64,000 bases of DNA, from contig PXRM01000025.1 in assembly GCA_003020985.1 (NCBI GenBank), positions 15,830-79,829 of the forward strand, written 5' to 3'. The notes under the pieces were generated by a model, which was not told the origin of the DNA, made no database searches, and saw nothing but the letters and a program-made list of their open reading frames with translations. A program made the translations under genes and the position numbers. The DNA is from Halobacteriales archaeon QS_4_70_19 (GTDB lineage Archaea; Halobacteriota; Halobacteria; Halobacteriales; Haloarculaceae). This document shows, in pieces, positions 39,333-49,860 of this stretch (positions are counted from its first letter, which is position 1; every line of letters starts with the position of its first letter).

Positions 39333-39809
39333 ATGGATATCGAACTCGATGACATCGACCGGCAGCTACTGGACCTGGTGCAGGCGAACGCCCGCTACAA
39401 GGCGATCGACCTCGCCTCGGAGGTCGGCGTCTCGGACAACACCATCCACAACCGCATGAGCCGGCTGGAGGAAGCCGGTATCATCACGGGGTACACGACG
39501 GAACTGGACTACGACCGCCTGGGACTGACCTTCTACTTCCACTTCACCTGCACGACGCGCATCAGCGAGCGCGCGGCGGTCGCGGACAGGGTGATGGAGA
39601 TTCCGGAGGTCGTGAACGTCACCGAACTGATGACTGGTCACGAGAACCTGCTCGTCAAGGCCGTCGGTGCGGTGGACGAGGAGATCACCCGGATCGCAGA
39701 GCAGATCGACAAGTTCCAGGTCGAGATCAACGACGAGAACCTCATCCGCGCCGAACACTCGAAGCCGATCGATTTCTCGGAGATCCGGCTGGTCGAGTCG
39801 GAGGGCTGA
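39333..39809 (+). CDS. Lrp/AsnC family transcriptional regulator
   Basis: LDDIDRQLLDLVQANAR..VGVSDNTIHNRMSRLEEAGIITGY. Confidence 0.92.
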   Translation: MDIELDDIDRQLLDLVQANARYKAIDLASEVGVSDNTIHNRMSRLEEAGIITGYTTELDYDRLGLTFYFHFTCTTRISERAAVADRVMEIPEVVNVTELMTGHENLLVKAVGAVDEEITRIAEQIDKFQVEINDENLIRAEHSKPIDFSEIRLVESEG

Positions 39810-39842
39810 GACGGCCGCCCACCGACCCGGCGTCGTGTCCAG

Positions 39843-40421
39843 CTACCGGGGGTCCCGCCGCGCCCGCGTGTCGGCGCTGTCCCGTCGGGCCCGTTCGTCC
39901 ACGCCCTCCCGGCGCTGCTGCACGTTCGCGCCCTCCCGGCGCTCCCGGCCGTCCGGGCCCGGCTGCCCGGCGGTGTTATCACTCCCTCGGCCCCGCACCG
40001 CGTCGAGCACGTACCCGATCCCCTCGCTGACCTTCTCGACCTGCGGGATGTTCCTGAGCGTGACGAGCAGCTGTCCGGCACCCAGCAGCCCCAGGAAGGC
40101 GAGGCCGGCGGCGAGGAAGAGGTTGTCGGCGAAGTAGGCGTCGGCCGCGAAGATGAGGAACCCGAGGCTGAATCCCGCCTCGATCTTCGCCTCCAGCAGG
40201 CTGATCGTCTCGTCCACCTTGTCCAGCCGGCGGTCGACGGCCACGAGCGTCTCGTTGGCCTCTCGGACCGCCTGCGCGGCATCGTCCTCAATCTGTTCGA
40301 CGCGGTCCAGCGTCCGGTTGGCGTCGTCCACCAGCTCCTCGGCCTGCGTCAGCGCGTCGGTGAACCCCTCGTCACCCAGGAGCAGCATCAGTTTCCGGAC
40401 GTTGTCGATGTCCGAGAGCAT
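39843..40421 (-). CDS. hypothetical coiled-coil membrane protein
   Basis: Acidic heptad-like region followed by two hydrophobic segments. Confidence 0.65.
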   Translation of the reverse strand: MLSDIDNVRKLMLLLGDEGFTDALTQAEELVDDANRTLDRVEQIEDDAAQAVREANETLVAVDRRLDKVDETISLLEAKIEAGFSLGFLIFAADAYFADNLFLAAGLAFLGLLGAGQLLVTLRNIPQVEKVSEGIGYVLDAVRGRGSDNTAGQPGPDGRERREGANVQQRREGVDERARRDSADTRARRDPR

Positions 40422-40617
40422 ACGCAGGGAAGCAGTGGCGGCCGTATGCCTCTTTGGGCAGTCACGACCGGCCGGGCAACTGCCCCGGCGGTTCGGCCCG
40501 GCCAGCACGGGGGTCCCCTTCCGCCCGGCCCTCCTGCCCTGCCACGGCAGCCGTGGTTTTAGTCGTCCCCGCACTGCTGGCATCACCCCTATGGGGTGTC
40601 GTCGCCTGGGAGAGGGT

Positions 40618-41349
40618 ATGACAGACGAGTCCGAGCAGGCCGGCCCCGGCGAGTCGACCGGTGCCGGAGGCGGTCAGCAGGCGGACGCCGGTTCCGCGGC
40701 CGGCGCCGGGTCGCGGGTCGAGGGTGACGGCGGCGTCGCCCGGCCGGACCGGGCCGTGGGCCGCGGTGCCGGACTCCCGTCCGACGGCGGTACCGGTGCC
40801 ACTCCCGGTGCCGACGTCGACCCGGCCGCCACGCCAGCGACCGAGGGGAGCATCTTCCGGCCGAACGGACGCTCGCTGCTCGTCTACGTGGGCGGCGTCG
40901 TGGGCGTGTTCGTCGCCGCGGGCATCGGTCTCGGACTGGGGTCGAACTTCATCCTCGGCTTCCTCATCGAGCAGTTCGTCGAGCCGGGGGCGAACCCCAC
41001 CGACAGCTCGCTGGTCAGTATCATGCTGCTGCACAACGTGGTGACGCCGTTCCTCGTCGGTCCACTGATGGCCGTCGGCGCGGGCGCACTCATCGGCCGC
41101 GCGCTACCCGGACGCCGCCTCACCGCCACCGCCATCGGTGGCTCCGCTTCGCTCGTCGGCTTCTACCTCATGACGGGGCTCACGCTCTTCCTGACGATCA
41201 ACGTCGTCACCCAGTACTCCACCGGCGGCGCCGGGGGCGGTGGCGGCCTCGACCAGGCGGCACTCGGGAAGCAGGTCATCGAGAGCGGCATCCCGGCCGC
41301 CGTCGTCGGCGGCCTCGGCGCCTACATCGGCTCCTACGTCTCGGGCTGA
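40618..41349 (+). CDS. hypothetical multi-pass membrane protein
   Basis: About four hydrophobic helices after an acidic N-terminus. Confidence 0.7.
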   Translation: MTDESEQAGPGESTGAGGGQQADAGSAAGAGSRVEGDGGVARPDRAVGRGAGLPSDGGTGATPGADVDPAATPATEGSIFRPNGRSLLVYVGGVVGVFVAAGIGLGLGSNFILGFLIEQFVEPGANPTDSSLVSIMLLHNVVTPFLVGPLMAVGAGALIGRALPGRRLTATAIGGSASLVGFYLMTGLTLFLTINVVTQYSTGGAGGGGGLDQAALGKQVIESGIPAAVVGGLGAYIGSYVSG

Positions 41350-41369
41350 CGGCGCCGTCCCCGGGCCGC

Positions 41370-41550
41370 GAGCCGGTCGAACTCCTCCTCGAACACGCGG
41401 CCGACGTCGGGCTCGACGCGATCGTCGTCACCGACCACGACGAGATCGACCAGTCCCTGCGTGCGGCCCGCCTCCCCCCCCACTCCGACCTCGTCGGCGT
41501 CCCGGGGGTGGAGGTGTCGACGGCGGACGGCTACCTCCTCTCGGTGATCA
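41370..41550 (+). pseudogene. PHP domain protein fragment
   Basis: EPVELLLEHAADVGLDAIVVTDHDEI..VPGVEVSTADGYLL, with no start or C-terminal part. Confidence 0.75.
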
Positions 41551-41694
41551 CACCCGTACACTGTCTTCGCTGGCCCCGTCCGCTGCTCCGTTCTCGCCTG
41601 TCCCGTCCGTCGCTCCGTCCTCCGTCGTCCCGGACGCCCGGAAATGAACGTCACCATTGATTACCCCCGGGGCGGTGTGTCACGGCGACAAGCT

Positions 41695-43698
41695 ATGTCA
41701 GGAACCTCGAACGAGCCGCCGTGGCTCCAGGCCGAGCGGGAGTACACCGACGAGGTCATCGGCAAGAACACCATCCCGCAGCTGTTCGTGGAGAGCGCCG
41801 GCCGCCACGCGAATCGGGAGGCACAGTGGTACAAGGGTGGCGTCTACGATCGGTCCCTGGCGGACGGGGTGGTCCCGGCCGCACCGAAGGGCCAGTACGC
41901 GGCCCTGACGTACGACGAGATGCTCAACGTCGTCCAGCGGCTCGGAACCGGCCTCCGCGAGCTGGGACTGGAGACGGGCGACCGGGTCGGCATCTTCGCC
42001 GGGACGCGGATGGAGTGGGCCCAGAGCGACCTCGCCGTCCTCTCGGCCGGCGGGGTCATCACGACGGTCTACACGGAGTCGAGTCCCCGGCAGGTCCGCT
42101 ACCTGCTCGACGACCCGGACGCCGACGGCGTGGTCGTCGAGAACGAGGAGCTGCTGGAACGGGTCCTCGAGGTGGAGGAGGACCTCGACCTCGGGTTCAT
42201 CGTCGTCATCGACGAGCTGCAGACCGAGGCCCACGAGGAGCGCGAGGACGTGTACGGCCTCGCGGAGGTCTACCGGCTGGGTGACGAGGCGTTCGACCCC
42301 GACCAGTTCGACGAGTGGCTCCACAGCCGCGAGTCCGAGGACCTCGCGAGCCTCATCTACACCTCCGGGACGACCGGACAGCCGAAGGGGGTCCGGCTCA
42401 GTCACGCCAACTTCCGGGCGAACCTCAACGGCGTCCGCAAGCGGTTCGGCCCCCGGCCGGACAAGGCCGACGACGTACCCGTGCTCGACGAGACGGCGCG
42501 CTCGCTGTCCTTCCTGCCGCTGGCGCACGTCTTCGAGCGGACCGCCGGTAGCTTCGTGATGTTCGCCGCCGGCGGTACCGTCGCCTACGCCGAATCGACC
42601 GACACCATCGCCGAGGACATCCAGCTCGTCGAACCTACTACCGCGACGAGCGTCCCGCGGGTGTACGAGCGCATCTTCGACCAGATGCGCGCGCAGGCCT
42701 CGGAATCCGACCTCAAGGAGTCCATCTTCGAGCGGGCCATCGAGATCGGCCGGCAGTACGCCCGCACGGAGGACCCGGGGCTCCCGCTCCGGCTGAAGTA
42801 CACGCTCGCGGACAGGCTGGTCTTCTCGCAGGTGAAAGAGCAGATGGGCGGCAACATCGACTTCTTCATCTCCGGCGGCGGCTCACTCTCGAAGCGGCTC
42901 GCCGAACTGTTCGAGGGGATTGGACTGCCCATCTTGGAGGGCTACGGGCTCACGGAGACGGCGCCGGTCGTCTCGACGAACCCGCCGGAGAACCCCCGCT
43001 CCGGCACGCTCGGCCCGGCGCTCGTCAACGTCGACCTCAAGCTGGACAGCTCGATTATCACGACCGAACAGGCCCAGAAGGCCCGACCGGACAGCGACAT
43101 CGGCGAGCTGCTCGTGAAGGGACCCAACGTGACCGAGGGCTACTGGGAGAAGCCCGAGGCGACGATGGACGCGTTCACCCAGGACGGCTGGTTCCGCACG
43201 GGCGACATCATTGAGCGGACCGCCGACAGCTACCTGGTCTACCACGACCGGCTGAAGCAGCTGCTCGTGCTCGACACCGGGAAGAACGTCGCCCCTGGCC
43301 CCATCGAGGACGGGTTCGCCACCTCCGACCGGATCCAGCAGGTGATGGTGATGGGCGACAACGAGAAGTTCGTCTCCGCGCTCGTGGTGCCCGACTTCGA
43401 GGCCATCCGCCGCTGGGCCGACCGCGAGGGGGCCGATATCCCGGACACGGACGAGGAGATCTGCGAGGACCCGCAGGTCCGCGAGTACGTTCAGGCGGAG
43501 ATCGAACGGGTCAACGAGCAGTTCGAGACGTACGAGCGCATCAAGGAGTTCCGGATGGTGCCCGTGGAGTGGACCCCGGAGAACGACCTGCTCACGCCGT
43601 CGATGAAGGTCAAGCGCCGGAACGTCCTCGAACGGTTCGCCGAGCAGTACGACGACATCTACGGCGAACGGGAGACTCCCGCCGCCGCGGACGACTGA
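41695..43698 (+). CDS. long-chain fatty acid-CoA ligase (AMP-binding)
   Basis: YTSGTTGQPKG, EGYGLTE, GWFRTGD, LLTPSMKVKR. Confidence 0.93.
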   Translation: MSGTSNEPPWLQAEREYTDEVIGKNTIPQLFVESAGRHANREAQWYKGGVYDRSLADGVVPAAPKGQYAALTYDEMLNVVQRLGTGLRELGLETGDRVGIFAGTRMEWAQSDLAVLSAGGVITTVYTESSPRQVRYLLDDPDADGVVVENEELLERVLEVEEDLDLGFIVVIDELQTEAHEEREDVYGLAEVYRLGDEAFDPDQFDEWLHSRESEDLASLIYTSGTTGQPKGVRLSHANFRANLNGVRKRFGPRPDKADDVPVLDETARSLSFLPLAHVFERTAGSFVMFAAGGTVAYAESTDTIAEDIQLVEPTTATSVPRVYERIFDQMRAQASESDLKESIFERAIEIGRQYARTEDPGLPLRLKYTLADRLVFSQVKEQMGGNIDFFISGGGSLSKRLAELFEGIGLPILEGYGLTETAPVVSTNPPENPRSGTLGPALVNVDLKLDSSIITTEQAQKARPDSDIGELLVKGPNVTEGYWEKPEATMDAFTQDGWFRTGDIIERTADSYLVYHDRLKQLLVLDTGKNVAPGPIEDGFATSDRIQQVMVMGDNEKFVSALVVPDFEAIRRWADREGADIPDTDEEICEDPQVREYVQAEIERVNEQFETYERIKEFRMVPVEWTPENDLLTPSMKVKRRNVLERFAEQYDDIYGERETPAAADD

Positions 43699-43760
43699 CC
43701 ACGCTGGCGGACCCGTCGGGCCCTGCCCCCCGTTCGTACCTGCGCCCCAGCCTCGCCGCC

Positions 43761-44822
43761 TCAGTCCTCTCCGTCCGGGCCGACCTCTGCGGGGTCGCTC
43801 CGGGCCGTCTCCCCGTCCGCGACATCCGTCGCCTCGTCACGGGCAGTCTCCTCCGTGACGACTGGCTCCCCCGTGGCCGGCGGCGGCGACTGCCGACCCG
43901 AGCCGGAGAGCTGCTCGGCCAGTTCCTCCAGTCGGCGCGTCTGCTCCCGGTTGACCGTGACGATGATGTCCGAGAGGACGCCGAACATGACGAGCTGGAC
44001 GCCCAGGATGATCCCCGCGGCGGCGACGACCGCGAGTGCCTCGTGGGCGATGTCGTTGACGAGGAAGTCGTACCCGACGTACGCCGCGACGAACAACCCG
44101 ATGAGGCCGCTCACGACTCCGACGCTGCCGAAGTAGAACAGCGGGTTGTTCGTCTTCGCCAGTTTGTACAGCGTGAGGAAGATGTTGGCGCCGTCCCGGA
44201 CTGGGTGGAGGTTGGTCTCGGACTCGTCCGGTCGCGCGCGGTAGGTGATCGGGACGACCTCCGTGGTGGCCCCGTGCTTGACGCACTCGACGCTGAGTTC
44301 CGTCTCGATGCCGAACCCGTCGGAGCGGAGCGAGAACCGTTCGACGGACTCGACAGTGAACGCCCGGTAGCCGCTGAGGATGTCCTCGAGGTCGCGGCCG
44401 TGGATCACGGAGAACGCCCGGTTGATGATGCGGTTGCCGGCGCGGTTGAGCCGCGTCATCGCGCCCGGTTCCATGTCGGCGAACCGGTCGCCGATGACGT
44501 GGTCTGCGCGCCCGGCGAGGATGGGTTCGAGCATCGCCTCGGCGTCCGCCGGGCGGTAGGTCCCGTCGGCGTCGGCCATCAGGACGACCGGTGTGTCCAC
44601 GCGGGAGAGGCCCTCGCGGACGGCCTGTCCCTTCCCGACGCCGCTCTGTTCCACGACACGGGCCCCGTGTTCGCGTGCGATCTCCCGGGTTCCGTCCGTG
44701 GAGCGGCCATCGATAACGAGCACGTTCTCGAAGCCCTCGTCCCGGAACCCGTCGACGACGCTCCCGACGGTCTCGGCCTCGTCCAGCGTCGGCAGCAACA
44801 CGCAGACGTCGTCGCGGTCCAT
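43761..44822 (-). CDS. aglJ: S-layer glycoprotein N-glycosyltransferase AglJ (GT2)
   Basis: VCVLLPTLDEAETV, DADGTY, DILSGYRAF, ETNLHPVRDG, KTNNPLFYF and two transmembrane segments. Confidence 0.85.
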   Translation of the reverse strand: MDRDDVCVLLPTLDEAETVGSVVDGFRDEGFENVLVIDGRSTDGTREIAREHGARVVEQSGVGKGQAVREGLSRVDTPVVLMADADGTYRPADAEAMLEPILAGRADHVIGDRFADMEPGAMTRLNRAGNRIINRAFSVIHGRDLEDILSGYRAFTVESVERFSLRSDGFGIETELSVECVKHGATTEVVPITYRARPDESETNLHPVRDGANIFLTLYKLAKTNNPLFYFGSVGVVSGLIGLFVAAYVGYDFLVNDIAHEALAVVAAAGIILGVQLVMFGVLSDIIVTVNREQTRRLEELAEQLSGSGRQSPPPATGEPVVTEETARDEATDVADGETARSDPAEVGPDGED

Positions 44823-44915
44823 TCGTCTCCGGGTCGACGGCCCGAGCGCAAAAACGCTCCGGCCCGCGTCCACGTCGGCAGCCGACTGAGCCGGGCAGAG
44901 CGCGGGTCGCGGCCG

Positions 44916-45020
44916 CTACTCCTCGCGCTGGTCGCTCAGGTGCTCCCAGACCTCGGCACAGCCACAGCCGTCCTCGACATCCGACAGGTGGGCCCGGTCC
45001 TCCTCTTCGGTTGCGGTCAT
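44916..45020 (-). CDS. 34-aa small protein with a DGCGCxExWEHLS motif
   Basis: Hand translation MTATEEEDRAHLSDVEDGCGCAEVWEHLSDQREE*; below the ORF-track cutoff. Confidence 0.7.
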   Translation of the reverse strand: MTATEEEDRAHLSDVEDGCGCAEVWEHLSDQREE

Positions 45021-45120
45021 TTACTCATCTCACGAGTAACACGCTAACCGTATAGTTCTTCGGGCGGGACGGGCGCCGGGTCACCGGCGCGTTTACGGTC
45101 GTCCCGGATGAGCGACCCGT

Positions 45121-45907
45121 ATGGCCGACGGGGACGGGACCGACCTGTTCGAGGCGCTCGACCTGACGGAGTACGAGGAGACGGCCCTCTCGAACCTGCT
45201 ACGGCTCGGGCGGACGACGGCCCCGAACCTCGCCGAAGCGACCGGCATCCCGAAGGCGCGCATCTACGGCGTGCTGGACGCGCTCGCCGACCGGGGGTTC
45301 GTGAAGGTCATACCCGGGCGCCCGAAGGAGTACCAGTCCCGCGCCCCTGCGGAGATCATCGATCGCGCGAAGGAGAATCGGCGGCAGGCGTACGAGTCGA
45401 CCGCGAGGAAGCTGGAGGCGGGCCGCGGACGTCGGCGACCCCAGCGAGTCGGAGACGCGACGGCTCTACCACGAGGCGACGCGAGAGATTCGAGTTCTCA
45501 CCAAGTCGTGGGAGTATCTCGACAGCGTCGAACCGGCGCTGGCCGACGCGCTGGAGCGTGGCCTGGCGGTCCGGGTGCTCTTCCTCCATCCGGACCGTCT
45601 GAGTGACGAGAACCGGCGGATACAGGCGGGAATCGTCGACCGGCTCCGGGAGGCGTTCCCCGGGGTGGAGTTCCGGTTCGCGACCGGGTCGCTCCCCTGG
45701 CGAGGGACGCTCACGGACCCCCCCGCAGATGCGGGGACCGCCAGCGGCGAGGAGAGTGGCGAGGCCATCTTCCTCGTCGAGGAGCCCGAGGTGCCGAACC
45801 ACATGCGACAGGCGGCCATCACGGAGAACGAATCCTTCGTGGCCGGCCTCAAGCGCTTCTTCGACCTCGTGTGGGAGTACGAGTCCGAAGCGAGCCGAGC
45901 GGAGTGA
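45121..45907 (+). pseudogene. TrmB family transcriptional regulator with an internal deletion/frameshift at ~45420
   Basis: LTEYEE..LAEATGIPKARIYGVL HTH; the C-terminal part (DVGDPASR..LFLHP..AIFLVEEPEVPNHMRQAAITEN) is in other frames. Confidence 0.8.
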
Positions 45908-45957
45908 GACCGGCACGGAACGACAGGAGTGAACTGTCCGCTGGTCGGACCGGGAGT

Positions 45958-47208
45958 ATGACCGACGAGACCTCCGACCGGCCATCATCGCGCTCCCGGC
46001 AGGGCCCGCTGGACGGGCTCCGGGTGGTGGACTTCTCCGGGATGGTCGCCGGCGGCTTCGCCACGATGACGCTCGCGGACTTCGGCGCCGACGTCGTCGC
46101 AGTCGAGCACCCCGAGACAGGTGACCCGATCCGCGACTGGGGGCCCTTCGACCCCGATTCCGGGACGTCGCTCTGGTGGAAGTCACTCGCTCGCGGGAAG
46201 CGCTGCGTGACGTGCGACCTCTCCACCGCGGAGGGGCACGCCCTCGCGCTCGACCTGGTCGAGACCGCAGACGTCGTCGTCGAGAACTTCCGTCCCGGGA
46301 CGATGGAGCGCTGGGACCTCTCCTACGAGGACCTCCGCGAGGTCAATCCCGAGGTGGTGATGGTCCGCATCTCGGGCTACGGGCAGACGGGCCCCCGGGC
46401 TGAACAGCCGGGCTTCGGGACCGTGGCAGAGGCCATCTCGGGGTTCGCCCACGTCAACGGGTTCCCCGACCGGGAGCCGCTGCTCCCACCCATCCCGCTG
46501 GCCGACATGGCCGCCGGCCACTACGCCGTCCAGGCGGCCATGTTCGCCCTGTTCGAGCGCGAGATCGGCCCCGACGGCGACGGGAGCGGCGAGGGACAGG
46601 TGGTCGACGTCTCCCTCTACGAGTCGCTGTTCCGGATGTTCCCGGGCGACGTGGAAGCGTACGACCGGCTCGGCCAGGTTCGCAAGCGCAGGGGGAACCA
46701 CCACAGTAACGCCGCCCCGCGGAACGTCTACGAGGCCGCGGACGGCTACGTGGCGTTGTCCGCCTCCGCGCAGTCCATCTTCGAGAACCTCGCGGAGACG
46801 ATCGGCCACCCGGAGCTGCTCGACGACGAGCGGTTCGCCACGAACGACGCGCGGGCTGAGCACGCCGACGAACTGGACACGTACATCGCGCCATACATCG
46901 CCGAGCGGACCGTCGAGGAGACGGTCGAGGAGCTTGGGGCCGGCGACACAGTCGTCGCGCCGGTGTACGACGTGAGCGACGTCTTCAGCGACGAGCAGTA
47001 CGCCGCCCGCGAGAACCTGGTCGAGGTCGACGACGAGGACCTCGGCCGCATCACCACTCCGGGCGTGGTGCCGCGGCTGACGCGGACGCCGGGCGCGGTC
47101 GACCACCTCGGACCGCGGCGTGGACAGCACAACGACGAGGTGTACGGCCGGGAACTGGGGATGGACGAGGAGACGCTGGCGGCGCTCCGCGAGCAGGACG
47201 TCATCTGA
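45958..47208 (+). CDS. CaiB/BaiF family (class III) CoA transferase
   Basis: PLDGLRVVD, LADFGADV, ENFRPG, ISGYGQTGP. Confidence 0.93.
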   Translation: MTDETSDRPSSRSRQGPLDGLRVVDFSGMVAGGFATMTLADFGADVVAVEHPETGDPIRDWGPFDPDSGTSLWWKSLARGKRCVTCDLSTAEGHALALDLVETADVVVENFRPGTMERWDLSYEDLREVNPEVVMVRISGYGQTGPRAEQPGFGTVAEAISGFAHVNGFPDREPLLPPIPLADMAAGHYAVQAAMFALFEREIGPDGDGSGEGQVVDVSLYESLFRMFPGDVEAYDRLGQVRKRRGNHHSNAAPRNVYEAADGYVALSASAQSIFENLAETIGHPELLDDERFATNDARAEHADELDTYIAPYIAERTVEETVEELGAGDTVVAPVYDVSDVFSDEQYAARENLVEVDDEDLGRITTPGVVPRLTRTPGAVDHLGPRRGQHNDEVYGRELGMDEETLAALREQDVI

Positions 47209-47473
47209 GCAGCATCGACGGGGCCGGTCGGTACTGCCGCGGTCCGACGGAGCAGCAGGCCATGGCAACCCCGGTGGCGTAGCGAACAGGCGGCGCGTTG
47301 CAGCCTCGCGAGGGTGCGAGCGAGGACTCGTCGAGTTGCGCTCGACGCTGTTCCGGACCGTGCGCCGCGCTGGCGGAACCGGAACGGAGCGGTGCACACT
47401 CCGCCCCGGGTCGGCGGTCCGGAGTCGACTCGTCAGGGCACGCCGGGTGTGGTCGCGCCCCGGTATTTGAATC

Positions 47474-48022
47474 TCAGTCCAGGGTTTCGAGGAGTTCGAG
47501 CAGGAGGTCGCGGTCGAGCGTGTCGTCCGGCAGCTCCTCGGCCCACCGGACGGCCGAGATCTCCTCGCCGGCGAGCCCGGGGTCGTCGTCGAGATCGGTC
47601 GTCTCGGGGGTCGCACGGTGGATAGCGAACCGGAAGGTCAGCTCGGCGTCCCCGTGCTGGAGGACGTTCCGGACCACGGCCAGGCGTTCGCCCGGCGTCA
47701 CGTCGAGGCCCGTCTCCTCGCGGAGTTCGCGGGCCAGCGCCTCGTCGTGGCTCTCGCCGGCCTCGACCTCCCCACCGGGCAGGAGCCAGCGACCGTCCTC
47801 GCGGACGAGGAGGACCCGACCGTCGTCCCTGGCCAGTCCGCCGACGCCCCACTCCAGGCCGTCCTCACCGTCGATGCGGTCGCGTGCATCCGCGAACTCC
47901 TCGGCGGTCAGCTGGTGGGTCCGTTCCCGTCGGTACTCGCCGTCCTCCCGCCAGGTGCGGACCTCCGTCTTCGAATCCGCGTCGTCGATTGCCGGGCCGT
48001 CGTCGGTGGTGCCGTCGGGCAC
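47474..48022 (-). CDS. NUDIX hydrolase
   Basis: [25 protein letters not shown] Nudix box. Confidence 0.9.
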   Translation of the reverse strand: MPDGTTDDGPAIDDADSKTEVRTWREDGEYRRERTHQLTAEEFADARDRIDGEDGLEWGVGGLARDDGRVLLVREDGRWLLPGGEVEAGESHDEALARELREETGLDVTPGERLAVVRNVLQHGDAELTFRFAIHRATPETTDLDDDPGLAGEEISAVRWAEELPDDTLDRDLLLELLETLD

Positions 48023-48026
48023 GGCG

Positions 48027-48920
48027 TCAGGGCAGGTCGACGTCCACGTTCGCCTGCTCGCTCGCGGCCCACACGGTGTTGTAGAGGAGCATCGCGCGGG
48101 TCATCGGTCCGACGCCACCGGGGACGGGCGTGATGGCTCCCGCCACGTCCTTCGCGCTCTCGTACTCCACGTCGCCGATGAGCTCGTACCCCTTCTCCGT
48201 GTCCGCGTCGACGCGGTTGATGCCGACGTCGATGACTGTGGCCCCCCCCTTTAGCATCGAGCCGTCGATCATCTCCGGGACGCCCGCGGCCGCGACGAGG
48301 ACGTCGGCCTCGCGAGTGTGAGCGGCCAGGTCCGCCGTCCGCGAGTGACAGACTGTCGTGGTGGCGTTGCCCAGCGGTTCCTTCTGGATGAGCAGGTTCG
48401 CCATCGGCTTGCCGACGATGTCCGAGCGGCCGACGACGACCGCCTCGGCCCCCTCGGTCTCCACGTCGTAGTGTTCGAGGAGCTTCTGGATGCCGTGGGG
48501 CGTGCAGGGCTTGAACCGGGCGTTCCCGGCGACCATCCGACCGACGTTCTCGGGGTGGAAGCCGTCGACGTCCTTCGCAGGGTCGATGGCCCGCAGGACG
48601 CGGCGCTCGTCGACGTGGTCGGGGACGGGCATCTGGACGAGGATGCCGTTCACGTCCGGGTCGTCGTTGAGGCCCGCGACGGTGTCTAACAGCTCCGCGG
48701 CGGGCGCGTCGGGGTCGATCTCGACGTGGTGGCTGGTGATGCCGACCTCCTCGCAGTCGCGCTGCTTCATCGAGACGTACGTCTCGCTCGCGGGGTCGTC
48801 GCTCATCAGGACTGTCGCGAGCCCCGGGCGCGCGTCGGCGTCGGCGAGCCGTTCGATGGCATCGGTCAACCCCTCCCGGATGTCAGCGGCGACGGCGTTC
48901 CCGTCGATGACCTCGGTCAT
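48027..48920 (-). CDS. folD: bifunctional methylene-THF dehydrogenase/cyclohydrolase
   Basis: [39 protein letters not shown]. Confidence 0.96.
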   Translation of the reverse strand: MTEVIDGNAVAADIREGLTDAIERLADADARPGLATVLMSDDPASETYVSMKQRDCEEVGITSHHVEIDPDAPAAELLDTVAGLNDDPDVNGILVQMPVPDHVDERRVLRAIDPAKDVDGFHPENVGRMVAGNARFKPCTPHGIQKLLEHYDVETEGAEAVVVGRSDIVGKPMANLLIQKEPLGNATTTVCHSRTADLAAHTREADVLVAAAGVPEMIDGSMLKGGATVIDVGINRVDADTEKGYELIGDVEYESAKDVAGAITPVPGGVGPMTRAMLLYNTVWAASEQANVDVDLP

Positions 48921-48999
48921 ACGCGAACCGGAGTGGCGACCGGTATTCAAAGCCGCGATGCACGGACCGTGCCCGTCCAGTCGGGCAGCGCGCAACGGA

Positions 49000-49782
49000 C
49001 TAGAGGAGTCGGTTCCCGCGTCGGCGGAACTCCCGGCGCTCCGGTGGCGTCGGCAGCGTCCGGTACTCGTACTCGTCGGTCGGGTTCGGCCGCGGCTCCG
49101 GGTCCAGTCCCGCCCGGAGGTCGTCGAGCAGGTCGACGACCAGCTCCGCGCCCGTTTCGGCGAGTTTCCGGCTCACGTCGTGCATCGTGTCGCCGGCCGC
49201 GATGGGGAACGACCGCTGCCGGAGGATCGGGCCGTCGTCGAATGCCTCGGTCATCAGGTGGGCGGTGACGCCGGTCCGGTCGTCGTCGTGGTAGAGCGGC
49301 CAGAACGCCGTCGCCCGGCCGCGGTACTTCGGGAGCAGCGAGCCGTGGCAGTTCACGGCCAGGTCCGCACTCGCCAGCACCGCGGCGGGGAGTCGCTGCC
49401 CGGCGACGACCGACAGCAGGAGGTCCGGGTCCTGCCCGTCGACCCACTCGACGAACGCGTCGTCGCCCGCGTCCGGGACGTGCCGCACGGGCAGCCCATA
49501 CGAGCGGGCCAGCCGGCGGACCGACCGGTAGCCTCCGGGGAGTCGTCGCTGGAGGGGGGTCGGGAGTAGCCCCAGGAGCCGCCCGCCGGCGAACCGGGTG
49601 CCGAGTCGGGCTGCACCACGCGGCCCCCAGGCCCGGAGCTGCTCGCGGAGCTGCCCGGGGCCGGAGCCGCCGAACGGGACCAGCGCGACCGCCTCGATCA
49701 CGTCGGCGTGGGCTTCGAACACCGGCCGGAGGTAGCCGGGGAGGTAGAGCGGTTCCTCGCTCGTCGCCAGTACCACGCGCAC
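49000..49782 (-). CDS. formyltransferase family protein
   Basis: NCHGSLLPKYRG, GVTAHLMTEAFDDGPI; start approximate. Confidence 0.82.
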   Translation of the reverse strand: MRVVLATSEEPLYLPGYLRPVFEAHADVIEAVALVPFGGSGPGQLREQLRAWGPRGAARLGTRFAGGRLLGLLPTPLQRRLPGGYRSVRRLARSYGLPVRHVPDAGDDAFVEWVDGQDPDLLLSVVAGQRLPAAVLASADLAVNCHGSLLPKYRGRATAFWPLYHDDDRTGVTAHLMTEAFDDGPILRQRSFPIAAGDTMHDVSRKLAETGAELVVDLLDDLRAGLDPEPRPNPTDEYEYRTLPTPPERREFRRRGNRLL

Positions 49783-49860
49783 GCTGGCGCTACCCGCCGC
49801 CGGGACTTCAGTCCGATGACCGGCACAAAGCACTCGTACCATGCCGGCAGAGCCCGCGAT

